Shown: positions 51,337 through 60,135 of the stretch, piece by piece
Numbering within the stretch: the first letter of the stretch is position 1
How the letters are laid out: every line of letters begins with the position of its first letter
From: an uncultured archaeon
GTDB taxonomy: Archaea > Hadarchaeota > Hadarchaeia > Hadarchaeales > WYZ-LMO6
DNA length: 64,000 bases
Assembly (NCBI GenBank): GCA_938074535.1
Contig: CALJER010000003.1
Span: 1-64,000 of the forward strand
Direction: 5' to 3'
The notes under the pieces: generated by a model
The model's input: the letters and a program-made list of their open reading frames with translations, nothing else
The model's database searches: none
Told to the model about the DNA's origin: nothing
Translations under genes and position numbers: made by a program

Positions 51337-51671
51337 TAGGTTCGGGAGTGGTTTCGGAGAGGCCTGTCACCCTGGCCGAGGTCCTGCAGGTGCTGGAGGG
51401 AATAAAGAAGGAGAGGGAGCTCAGGTACGAGCAGCGCCTGGACTACGACTACGCCCAGAAGTTCGTCAGGGTGAAGCCCGAGGAGGCCGCGAAGCTGGTG
51501 GAGGAGCTGGTGAAGACCTTCGAGCTCAGGGAGGCCGCCGCGGTGCAGCTGGTGGACCTCATGCCGGAGAGGGCGGAGGAGGTGGAGCTCCTGCTCTCCA
51601 AGGAGAGGAGGAGGCTCACCCCGGAGGAGATAGGGAAGCTCCTGGAGTTGCTGAACCAGCACAGGAAGTGA
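51333..51671 (+). CDS. rpoF: RNA polymerase subunit F (Rpo4)
   Basis: ELRYEQ..DYAQKF, AVQLVDLMP; gene context. Confidence 0.88.
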   Translation: MIGSGVVSERPVTLAEVLQVLEGIKKERELRYEQRLDYDYAQKFVRVKPEEAAKLVEELVKTFELREAAAVQLVDLMPERAEEVELLLSKERRRLTPEEIGKLLELLNQHRK

Positions 51672-51684
51672 GGAAGGGAGGTCT

Positions 51685-52287
51685 TTGGCCCAGAAGAAGT
51701 TTGAGGATTATGGGATAGTCCTGGACTTCCTCCCCCAGGGCCACCCCAACGACCCCAGGCCCGTCCACCTGAGGGAGCCCGTGGTTCAGCTGCTGGGGGA
51801 GGACTTCTTCACCCTGCTGGAGGTGGTGCCCAAGAAGGAGGCGAGGTTCGAGCCGGGGGAGAGGGTGTTCATAGGGAAGGGGGAGAGGGAGAAGGTGGAG
51901 AGGATCAGGAGGAGGATCGGGTACGGGGAGCTCACTTCTGCGGCCAGGTCCGAGCTGCCCATCGCGGTGAGGCGCCTGGTGGAGGGTCATCCGGAGAGGT
52001 TCCTGGAGTTCTTCAACAAGGCCGGCCCCGTCACCACCAGGTTCCACCAGCTGGAGCTCATCCCCGGAATAGGGAAGAAGCTCATGTGGAGCATCCTGGA
52101 GGAGAGGGAGAAGGCCCCCTTCTCCAGCCTGGGGGACCTGAAGGAGAGGGTGAAGGGCCTGGGAGACCTAAGGGAGATGATCGCGAACAGGATCGTGCGT
52201 GAGCTCCAGGGGGAGGACAGGTACAGGATCTTCGTCAGGCCCCCCTCCAGGAAGGCCGAGGAGGAGGAAGAGGAGAGGAAGCCCTGA
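51685..52287 (+). CDS. DUF655 family nucleic-acid-binding protein
   Basis: VLDFLPQG, FTLLE, FFNKAGPVTTRFHQLELIPGIGKK. Confidence 0.88.
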   Translation: MAQKKFEDYGIVLDFLPQGHPNDPRPVHLREPVVQLLGEDFFTLLEVVPKKEARFEPGERVFIGKGEREKVERIRRRIGYGELTSAARSELPIAVRRLVEGHPERFLEFFNKAGPVTTRFHQLELIPGIGKKLMWSILEEREKAPFSSLGDLKERVKGLGDLREMIANRIVRELQGEDRYRIFVRPPSRKAEEEEEERKP

Positions 52288-52335
52288 GGGCCCAGGCTGG
52301 GCCGGGCCGGGGGAACGGTTGCCCGCCGAGAAGGT

Positions 52336-52599
52336 TCACTCCCGCACGGTCTCCAGCAGGCTCAGGAGGTTCCAGATGGAGGTCCTGGCATGCATGGGAA
52401 TGTTGGGGTCGTTGCTGGCCTCCTCCAGCATGCTGGCGGCGAGGGCGGCCCTGACGGAGGGCTCCTCCCCCTTCTTCATCAGGGTCTCCTTCGCCTGGGT
52501 GGCGAGCCTCCTGATGTTCCTGGGCACCGAGGGGTCTCCCGCCAGGTTCGAGAGCAGCTCGCTGGCTTTCCTGAGCTTCGCCTCTGTCTCGGAGGACAA
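52336..52599 (-). CDS. UPF0147 family protein
   Basis: DPSVPRNIRR, SNDPNIPMHARTSIWNLLSLLE. Confidence 0.88.
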   Translation of the reverse strand: MSSETEAKLRKASELLSNLAGDPSVPRNIRRLATQAKETLMKKGEEPSVRAALAASMLEEASNDPNIPMHARTSIWNLLSLLETVRE

Positions 52600-52650
52600 G
52601 GGACATCACCACCGATAATAAGGTGGGAGGGTTAAAAGAGGAGGGGGTGG

Positions 52651-52950
52651 ATGCCGGAGAAGAAAATCGACAAGGCGGTGGAGGCCCTCTTCTCGGGCGC
52701 CAGGATGCTTTCCATCCACTGCGCGGAGTGCAGGGGTCCCCTCTTCGAGAAGGACGGAAAGGTCTTCTGCCCCACCTGCGGGGTGAGGGGAGGGGAGGCC
52801 CCGGACGAGGGACTGGAGGGGACGCTGAGGAGGAAGCTGGAGGAGCTGAAAGCCAGGCTGGAGACGGAAAAAGATCACGAGCAGCTCATGAGGACCCTGA
52901 AGGAGATCGATGCACTCGTGGAGGTGCTGAGGAAGCTGAGGAGTACCTGA
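52651..52950 (+). CDS. UPF0148 / SSSCA1-like Zn-ribbon protein
   Basis: GARMLSIHCAECRGPLF.KDGKVFCPTC. Confidence 0.82.
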   Translation: MPEKKIDKAVEALFSGARMLSIHCAECRGPLFEKDGKVFCPTCGVRGGEAPDEGLEGTLRRKLEELKARLETEKDHEQLMRTLKEIDALVEVLRKLRST

Positions 52951-52977
52951 GGTCCTGAGTGTGGAGGGTGTGCTGCC

Positions 52978-53592
52978 TCACTTCCTCAGGAGCCCGTCCA
53001 CCTCTTCGTCCGTGAGCTCCGCGTATCCCCTCTCGTCCACGACCGAGACCACCACCTTGTCACCGGTGGCCGCGTCCCTCTCTATGGCGGTTCTTATGGC
53101 ATCCACCGCCAGCTTCTTCCCCTCCTGAAGGCTCAGTTCCTTCCTGTAGTTCTTTTCCAGCACCCCGTAGGCCACCTGGGCTCCGGTCCCTCCCGCGTAG
53201 AAGTCCTCCTCCTCCACCCTCCCTCCGAGCGGGTCCAGGGTGAGGAGGGAGACCTTTCCCTCCTCCAGGCCGCAGAGGACACCTTCCAGCAGGTAGGGGT
53301 ACCACCTCCTGCTCTGGAGCACGTTGGAGGCCACCTGTGCCAGTCCCCTCGTGGAGATGGACCTTCCGTGCTCCAGCCTGTAGAGGTTCGCCTCCGCCTG
53401 CAGGAGGCTCACCAGGGTCTGGATGTCCCCGGGAGCCCCCGAGAAGGCGGCCCCTATCCTCTCCTCCAGCCTGAAGAGCTTGCGGGCCCTCTTGCTGAGC
53501 ACCAGGTAGTAACCCACGGCCCTGGTGTCGGAGGCCAGCACGGCCCCCCCCTCCGTCTTGAGGCCCACGATGGTCCCCGCGAAGTACTCCAT
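52978..53592 (-). CDS. psmB: Proteasome beta subunit, apparently lacking the Thr1 nucleophile
   Basis: VLASDTRA, GAPGDIQ, LDPLGG, GTGAQVAYGVLE, AIERDAATG; N-terminus AGTIVG rather than G/TTTVG. Confidence 0.88.
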   Translation of the reverse strand: MEYFAGTIVGLKTEGGAVLASDTRAVGYYLVLSKRARKLFRLEERIGAAFSGAPGDIQTLVSLLQAEANLYRLEHGRSISTRGLAQVASNVLQSRRWYPYLLEGVLCGLEEGKVSLLTLDPLGGRVEEEDFYAGGTGAQVAYGVLEKNYRKELSLQEGKKLAVDAIRTAIERDAATGDKVVVSVVDERGYAELTDEEVDGLLRK

Positions 53593-53849
53593 CCTAACCC
53601 TTCGCTCCCCCCCGCTTTTAATCCTACCGAAGTCCGGCGGAGGTGCGCCCCGGGGAAGCACCCCTTTCGGTGACCCTCCCCCACCGCCGGTTCAAAACGG
53701 GCGTAAACCTTCCGGTCCCCGATGTGGAGAGGGTTGGGGGAGGAACCAGGCAAGTGCTTGCTGAAGGGCGGGGTCTCCGGAGCCCGCCGCTGGAAGTGGC
53801 GGATGCACAGCCGGATATCTCCTTAAGCAGCTACGCAGAGGAGAGAGGG

Positions 53850-54794
53850 ATGGGGGTGCTGGCGGGTGTGGACCTGGGGGCCTCCAACCTCAGGATGGCC
53901 CTCTCGGACGGAAAGAAGCTGCTGGCGGAGAGAAGGGAGAGGACCCTCCTCACGGACCCCCTCTCCCCCTCCCGCCAGATCTCCTCCCTCCTGCGCTCCA
54001 TGCTCTCCGGGAGGAGGCTGGAGGGAATAGGCTTGGCCTGCGTGGGTCCCCTGGACCTGGGGAGGGGGGAGGTGAGGGACTCCCCCAACCTCCCCTTCAG
54101 GCGCGTCCCGCTGGTGAGGCCCCTGGAGGAGGAGTTCGGGGTCCCGGTGGTTTTGATCAACGACTGCTCCGCCGCCGCCGTGGGGGAGAAGGAGTTCGGG
54201 GCGGGCAGGGGGGTGGACGACCTGGTGTACGTGGGGATGGGGACGGGGATAGGGGGAGGGGCCTACGTGGACGGGCACCTCCTGTGGGGGAAGGAGGGAA
54301 ATGCGGTGGAGATAGGGCACCTGACCGTGGATCCGTCGGGAAGGCTGGAGTGCGGTTGCGGGAAAAGGGGGCACTGGGAGGCCTACTGCTCCGGAACGGG
54401 TCTCCCCAGGCTGGTGGAGTGGAGGCTGAAGAGGGGCGAGGGAAAGGAGAGCCCGCTCAGGAGGAGGTGGGAGGAGGACCGGTCGAGCCTGAGGGCGGAG
54501 CACCTCTTCGCGGCGGCCAGGGAGGGAGATGCCTTCGCCCTGAAGGTGCTGGAGGAGGTGGGAAGGCTGAACGGGATAGGCTTCACCGACCTGGTGGAGG
54601 CCTACGATCCCGCCCTCCTCACCGTGGGGGGTTCCGTGGCCCTGAGGAACGCCAGGTGGATCCTCCCGCCGGTGAGGAGGTGGATGAGGGAGAGAGCCTA
54701 CAACCGTCCCCCCCTCCTGAGGCTCACTCCCCTGGGGGAGAGGGCGGGTTTATACGGGGCGGTGGGGCTCATCAGGGAGGAGGTGAGGAGGTGA
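53850..54794 (+). CDS. glk: ROK-family glucokinase
   Basis: VDLGAS, NDCSAAAVGE, GTGIGGG, EIGH, CGCGKRGHWEAY. Confidence 0.9.
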   Translation: MGVLAGVDLGASNLRMALSDGKKLLAERRERTLLTDPLSPSRQISSLLRSMLSGRRLEGIGLACVGPLDLGRGEVRDSPNLPFRRVPLVRPLEEEFGVPVVLINDCSAAAVGEKEFGAGRGVDDLVYVGMGTGIGGGAYVDGHLLWGKEGNAVEIGHLTVDPSGRLECGCGKRGHWEAYCSGTGLPRLVEWRLKRGEGKESPLRRRWEEDRSSLRAEHLFAAAREGDAFALKVLEEVGRLNGIGFTDLVEAYDPALLTVGGSVALRNARWILPPVRRWMRERAYNRPPLLRLTPLGERAGLYGAVGLIREEVRR

Positions 54795-55801
54795 AGGTGG
54801 AGGAGATAGGGAAGGTGGACAGGGGAGGGATGCTGAGGGAGCTTCTGGGCTTCCCCGAGAGGTGCGGGGAGGCCCTCTCCCTTCCCGTGAGGGTGGGGAG
54901 GAGGAGGGTGAGGAAGGTGGTGCTGGCGGGAATGGGTGGCTCGGCCATCGCGGGGGACCTCCTGAGGGACTGGCTGGATCCTCCCTTTCCCCTCGAGGTG
55001 AGCAGGGGCTACCACCTCCCCGCCTGGGTGGGAAGGGACACGCTCGTGCTGGCCGTGAGCTACTCGGGGAACACCGAGGAGACCCTGAGCTGCTTTTCGG
55101 AGGCCCTGGAGAGAAAGGCGGAGGTGGTGGGGATCTCCTCCGGCGGGAGGCTGGAGGAGAGGTGCGGGGAGGGGAGGCTCCCGCACGTGAAGGTCCCCGG
55201 GGGGATGGCCCCCAGGGTGGCCCTGCCCTTCCTCCTCTTCGCCTCCCTGAACGTGCTCCTGGCGAAGGGCCTGGTGAGGGTGGAGGGGGAAGAGGTGGAG
55301 GAGGCCCTGGAGGCCCTGAAGGGGCTGAGGAGGAGGCTGGCCCCGGGCGTGCCCAGGAACCCCGCAGAGGAGGCGGCGGAGAGGCTGAAGGGCACCCTTC
55401 CCTTCATCTACGCCCCGAAGGAGCTGGCGGGGGCGGCCCTCAGGCTCAAGACCCAGCTGAACGAGAACAGCAAGGTGCCGGCGAAGGTGGAGCTCCTCCC
55501 CGAGCTCTGCCACAACGAGATCGTGGGGCTGCGCTCCTGCCCGGAGTCCGTCTCCTTCGTCCTCCTGCACAGCGGGGGGGAGGACAGGAGGATGGGGGCC
55601 AGGATGGGGTTCGTGAGGGACCTCCTGAGGGGAAGGAGGGTGGTGGAGCTGGCGGGGGAGGGACGGGGGAGGCTGGCGCGCCTCCTCACTCTGGTCTACC
55701 TGGGCGACTTCCTCTCCTTCTACCTGGCCGTGAAGAGGGGGGTGGACCCAACGCCCGTTCCGGAGATAGAGGAGCTGAAGAGGAGGCTGGCCGACCTCTA
55801 G
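54791..55801 (+). CDS. Bifunctional phosphoglucose/phosphomannose isomerase
   Basis: GMGGSAIAGD, SYSGNTEET, QLNENSK, PELCHNEI, GVDPTPV. Confidence 0.9.
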   Translation: MKVEEIGKVDRGGMLRELLGFPERCGEALSLPVRVGRRRVRKVVLAGMGGSAIAGDLLRDWLDPPFPLEVSRGYHLPAWVGRDTLVLAVSYSGNTEETLSCFSEALERKAEVVGISSGGRLEERCGEGRLPHVKVPGGMAPRVALPFLLFASLNVLLAKGLVRVEGEEVEEALEALKGLRRRLAPGVPRNPAEEAAERLKGTLPFIYAPKELAGAALRLKTQLNENSKVPAKVELLPELCHNEIVGLRSCPESVSFVLLHSGGEDRRMGARMGFVRDLLRGRRVVELAGEGRGRLARLLTLVYLGDFLSFYLAVKRGVDPTPVPEIEELKRRLADL

Positions 55802-56319
55802 AGGAACTCCACCCTCTTCCCCCTCTCGCTGGGCAAGATCCTCTTCCTTCCACCCCGGAACTCCCTCCTAAGTTCCTCCCCCCCGAAGAGGCGGTCCAGG
55901 AAGACCGCGAGGGCGGCCACCTCGGAGTGGGGCTGGTTCCCCACCGCCACGTTGTGGTCCGCGAGCTCGAACATCTCGCCGGGGACCTTCTCCGCCCCCA
56001 CCGCCACCAGCAGGTCGTGGCCCCGCAGGAGGGGGAGGACCTCGTCCAGCGGTCTGCCGTACATGGTGAGGTGCACGACCTTTCCCCCCTTCTTCCTCCA
56101 CTCCTCCACCACCTCCCTCCAGGGCCTCCCTCCCTCCACCCAGAAGCTCCCTCCCCACTCCCTCCCCACCTCCTCCACCACCCTCTCCAGCTCCGCGTCC
56201 CTGCGCTCGGCCAGGATCATGCCCTCCGCCCCCAGGGCCCTGGCGGTGAGGGCCACGTGGGTGGTGAGCCGCTGGTCCCTGAAGGGGCGGTGGCCCAGCC
56301 TCAGCACGACCACCCTCAT
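55798..56319 (-). CDS. trm56: tRNA (cytidine(56)-2'-O)-methyltransferase
   Basis: LRLGHRPFRDQRLTTHVALTARA, HLTMYG, VGAEKVP, NQPHSEVAAL. Confidence 0.93.
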   Translation of the reverse strand: MRVVVLRLGHRPFRDQRLTTHVALTARALGAEGMILAERRDAELERVVEEVGREWGGSFWVEGGRPWREVVEEWRKKGGKVVHLTMYGRPLDEVLPLLRGHDLLVAVGAEKVPGEMFELADHNVAVGNQPHSEVAALAVFLDRLFGGEELRREFRGGRKRILPSERGKRVEFL

Positions 56320-56363
56320 CCTCTTCCCCCTGACAACCTTTTTTGTTCCCCCCGCCGTTAAGG

Positions 56364-57107
56364 ATGATGCTCGGCCCCCTCTCCCGCTACTTGAGGGCCC
56401 TCTCGGAGCTCTCCCGCCTCAGGAGGGAGGGGGGTACGCTGCGTTTCGGCCTTCCCGCGGTGAGCGCCTCCGACATCGCCTCCCAGTTCTACTGCGAGCG
56501 GAAGGTGGAGTTCAGGTACACGGTGGGGAGGATCAGGACGCCCGAGATGGCGGAGGGGGAGAACAGGCACGCCAGACTCCTGGAGAGGGCCGTGCCCAGG
56601 TCCCCGGAGGAGATCCTGCGCTCGGCGCTGGAGGGACAGCCCGTTTGGGCGAACGAGCTCTTCCTGGCCTCCAGCTTCGGCAGGGTCTTCGTGACGGGCA
56701 AGCCCGACGCGCTGGTGTTCGAGGGGGGAAGGCCGATAAGGGTGGTGGAGTACAAGTTCACGGGCTCCAGGGTCCCGGCGTACTACCACCACGTGCAGGC
56801 CAGGGTCTACTGCCTGCTCCTGCGTCAGCTTGGGATGGACACCTCCCATCTCAGGTACGTCATCCTCCTCCTTCCCCCTTCCTCCTCCCCCGACTTCGGC
56901 CTGCTTTCGAGGATGGTGATGGAGGGGACGGGGGAGGAGGGAGTCTTCGTGTGCGAGCCGGACTGGGAGAGGGCGAGGAGGGAGCTCTCCTGGGCCCTGC
57001 AGTACTGGACGGGGAGGAGGGAGGCCCAGCCCACCGCCACCAGGACCAGGTGCGACTACTGCGAGTACAGGGAGAGGTGCCTGCAAGGGCCTGCGGGGGG
57101 AGAATAG
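56364..57107 (+). CDS. Stand-alone Cas4/ExoV-like PD-(D/E)xK nuclease with Fe-S cysteines
   Basis: ASDIASQFYCERK, G...H, GKPD, EYK, Q...Y, CDYCEYRERC; start approximate. Confidence 0.75.
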   Translation: MMLGPLSRYLRALSELSRLRREGGTLRFGLPAVSASDIASQFYCERKVEFRYTVGRIRTPEMAEGENRHARLLERAVPRSPEEILRSALEGQPVWANELFLASSFGRVFVTGKPDALVFEGGRPIRVVEYKFTGSRVPAYYHHVQARVYCLLLRQLGMDTSHLRYVILLLPPSSSPDFGLLSRMVMEGTGEEGVFVCEPDWERARRELSWALQYWTGRREAQPTATRTRCDYCEYRERCLQGPAGGE

Positions 57108-57752
57108 GTGCACCCCCTCCTGCAGCTCCCGGTGGGCTTCTTCGTGGGGCTCTCCGGTTCCCTCCTCCCGGGCCCCATGCTGCTGTACGTGGTGGCCAAG
57201 TCCTCCGTGGAGGGGAGGGGAGTGGGGCCCAGGGTGGTGGCGGGGCACCTCCTCACCGAGGCCCTCTTCCTCCTGCTCTTCCTGGCCTGCCTGGAGCTCT
57301 TCCTCAGGCCCTCCGTCCACACCTTCCTGGGCCTGGTGGGGGGAAGCCTCCTGGTGGCGCTGGGAGGGGTGAGCGCCAGGAGGGCTGCCGGGAGGCTTGG
57401 GGCGGGGAGCGTCCCGCTGGTCTCCCTTCCCCCCCTTCCAGGCGGGGTGATGTTCAGCAGCCTCCTGAACCCCAGCGTCCCCCTCTGGTGGGTGACGGTC
57501 GGCTTCTCCACCCTGCTGGAGGCCTTCTCCCTCTCCTCCTACGCGGGGGTGGCCTTCTGGCTGGTGGGGCACGGCCTCTCCGACCTGACCTGGTTCTCGC
57601 TGGTCTCGAGCCTTGCCTCGAGGGGAAGGAGGATCGTGGGGACGAGGGCGCACAGGTCCCTGCTAGCCGTGTGCGGGCTCTTCCTCCTCCTCTTCGGCTC
57701 TCTCCTCCTCCTCAAGTACCTTCCCCGGGTCCTGTCCTGGGGCAGCGGTTGA
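57108..57752 (+). CDS. LysE-family transporter
   Basis: GLSGSLLPGP, GH...E, NPSVPLWW, GH..SD..W. Confidence 0.85.
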   Translation: MHPLLQLPVGFFVGLSGSLLPGPMLLYVVAKSSVEGRGVGPRVVAGHLLTEALFLLLFLACLELFLRPSVHTFLGLVGGSLLVALGGVSARRAAGRLGAGSVPLVSLPPLPGGVMFSSLLNPSVPLWWVTVGFSTLLEAFSLSSYAGVAFWLVGHGLSDLTWFSLVSSLASRGRRIVGTRAHRSLLAVCGLFLLLFGSLLLLKYLPRVLSWGSG

Positions 57753-57953
57753 GAGCGGGGAAAAGGGAGGGTGCGGGCTTCGCCCAACGGGCGAAGGAGG
57801 ACCGCGGAAGCTGGGAGGATGGCAGGGATGGGCAGTCGATGGGCCAAGAGAAGCCCGCACGGATTAAGAGCCTAAGCACGCCGGTTGGAGGCCCATTCAA
57901 GGGGTCTGAGCGGACTTGCTCTCACGGCAAACTCTGGAAAAACTTCCCGTACC

Positions 57954-59019
57954 TCAGCTCTTTAAAGCTCGTGCCATGTACTCGACCACAGGGTCGGGGA
58001 TGCTGAAGGAACCGTCTTTTGACCTCTCGAGATAACCGAACCGCACAAGCCTGTCCAGGAGGTAGGTCAGGTCGGATTTGGAGAGGGGGCCCAGCTTCGT
58101 GCTGGCTCTCTCGTATATCTCCGACCACCTGGAAGCGCCGCCCGCCACAGCCCTCAGCACCACTTGGTAGCGGTCGCTCCACCGCAGAATTTTCCTGCTT
58201 TCCTCGGCTGCTAGTTTCGCCGCCTTTTTCAGGAAGTGCTCGAGTTCGGGTTTTTCCCCGAAATGTAGGCATGGCCGTAGAGGGTCGGCCATCCTATCAG
58301 TCCATCGAGGGCCTCCACCACCTCCTCCAGCTCGGGCGGCTGTTTCACGCCGGCTTCCCTGAACCCCCTTCTCAAAAAGTCTGGGGACTGCCCGCGTTCG
58401 AGCCTGGCGAGGTGAACGAGCTTGATGTGCCTGCCATAAAGAGGGGAGCGGGGGTCTTCCACCCCCAGGAAATCCTGCAGTATGCCCACTTGAGACCCGG
58501 TCGAGGCGAAGGTCAGGCTGCTTAGGTTGTCGATCGCCCAAGCCAGAAGTCCGTCGTAGCTCGTTCTGCCGGCCAGCCGCAGGTGCTGTGCTCCGTCGAT
58601 GGCTACAACAACTCTCCTTCCACCCGCCGAAGCCCATTCATCCATGGCTCTGAGGACGTCGGTGAGTGGGGCTCCCTTTTCCCTCCAGTCGAGCAGGACC
58701 TCAAGTCCGGCGATTTTGATTCCCCTCACTCTCCAGCCATGAGGCGAGGCGGTGGGTCCTGCTCAACCTCGAGAGTTCCCCGGAGAGCAAGCGGTACAGG
58801 TGAAATCTTGATACTGAGCCGTGGGCGAAGTAGACTTCCCGCAGGTCCAGCTTGATGAAGGGGTGTTTGCCAGTGCAACGCTGAGCAGCGAAGACTTGCC
58901 CAACCTTCTTATCCCCTGTATCACCACGAGTCTCTTTCGAAGGCTCTGAGCGCTTCACGCAGCTCGACTTCCCTGTCGTAGAAGTCCTCCTTTTTCTTGG
59001 GCTCGGGATCGAACAGCAT
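57954..59019 (-). pseudogene. Frameshifted archaeal ATPase (AAA + C-terminal winged helix)
   Basis: Pieces in different frames: MLFDPEPKKKEDFYDREVEL, IKLDLR, VAIDGAQHL, STGSQVG..PLYGR, LDGLIGW, LVRFGYL..IPDPV. Confidence 0.8.
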
Positions 59020-59020
59020 C

Positions 59021-59055
59021 GTTCTACCCCTTGAACTAGTTCTACCCCTTGAACT
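59021..59055. repeat. Tandem pair of imperfect palindromes (gttctaccccttgaact x2) just upstream of the ATPase pseudogene start
   Basis: 18-bp period; each unit (A)GTTC-N8-GAACT. Confidence 0.75.
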
Positions 59056-59245
59056 CAAGAATATCTTCGCCTTTCCCGGACCTCCAAGGCGGCAGGGTGC
59101 GGGACCACAACGATGGGGCCGTTTTCGTTTTCGCCGAACCCCCCTGAGCTTTCAGGCGGCAGGGAGCCGAGAAGGGCCTTTCCCCTCAGGCACCTCGCCC
59201 AGCCTGGGGCAACGGTTAAGACCGCGGGAAGAAGAAAGTGAAAAT

Positions 59246-59333
59246 GCGGGGGTGGCCGAGCCAGGTCAAAGGCGCCAGACTCAAGATCTGGTCCCGAAGG
59301 GGTTCGGGGGTTCAAATCCCCTCCCCCGCACCA
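59246..59333 (+). tRNA. tRNA-Leu(CAA), CCA encoded
   Basis: GCGGGGG/CCCCCGC acceptor, CCAGA-CUCAAGA-UCUGG, long variable arm, GUUCAAAUC. Confidence 0.96.
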
Positions 59334-59437
59334 TGCCGGTAGAGTATTTGAGCCGCCGAATCGAAATTGTATGAAATGGGGAGCGAAATTAGCAAGCGGG
59401 AAGGGTGCCGGGGATACCGGCATAGGATGGGATTAGG

Positions 59438-59926
59438 ATGGATCAGGAAGTCAAGAAGAAAATCGGCGACACGGCTTCTAAATACGAGGAGGAGTTCCAT
59501 GGTTGTTCTCAAGCCGTGCTGCTCGCCTTCCAGGAGGCCTTGGGATTGAAAGATGATCCTTTGTTCAGGGCGGCAGGTCCCCTGGCGGGCGGCATGTACT
59601 CCGGGCTGACCTGCGGAGCGCTTGCCGGGGGTTTGCTGGTCATCGGCCTCAGGGTGGGGCGCCGTAAAATCGAGGAGGGACTGGAGGGACTCCTGGAAGC
59701 CTTTGAACCGGCCCAGAGACTGGTTAAGTGGTTCGAAGCCGAGTACGGGACCACCTCATGTCGGGAGCTCACAGGAACGGATTGGTTTGATGTGAACCAG
59801 GTGATGCTCTTTCTGCGGTCCCCAGACAGGCTAAAAGAGTGCGTCAAGCGCGTGGGGAAAACTGCCGAGAAGGTGGCTGAGATAATAGCCGAGATAGACA
59901 GTCGTTCGGGGAGTCAAGAGGGTTGA
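59438..59926 (+). CDS. C-GCAxxG-C-C family putative redox protein
   Basis: GCSQAV, GGM, TCGALAGG, CREL, C. Confidence 0.82.
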   Translation: MDQEVKKKIGDTASKYEEEFHGCSQAVLLAFQEALGLKDDPLFRAAGPLAGGMYSGLTCGALAGGLLVIGLRVGRRKIEEGLEGLLEAFEPAQRLVKWFEAEYGTTSCRELTGTDWFDVNQVMLFLRSPDRLKECVKRVGKTAEKVAEIIAEIDSRSGSQEG

Positions 59927-60135
59927 GCTGGTAGGGATTCAAAATTGGGGTTTTGAGCAACTCGCGCACTTCGTTTTTCCTGTCTTAGAGATACCGCTTC
60001 TTCAGCCTTCCCCGCTTCCTGGGAAGGCATTTTTCGATGCCCGGGCCCTCCCAGCGATCGAGGTGCGAAAGGGTGGCCGTCCGCGTTTCCCGCGAAAACA
60101 GGTATGCCCTCGGGTGAGCGCATCCGAGGGAGGGT

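Noticed and set aside
59021-59055. Mini CRISPR array near the Cas4-like gene
   Set aside because: Only two adjacent 17-18 bp units with no spacer
59100-59175. IS200/IS605 right-end-like sequence (gaaccccctgagctttcaggcggcagggag)
   Set aside because: Resemblance is weak and no tnpA/tnpB remnant is recognisable
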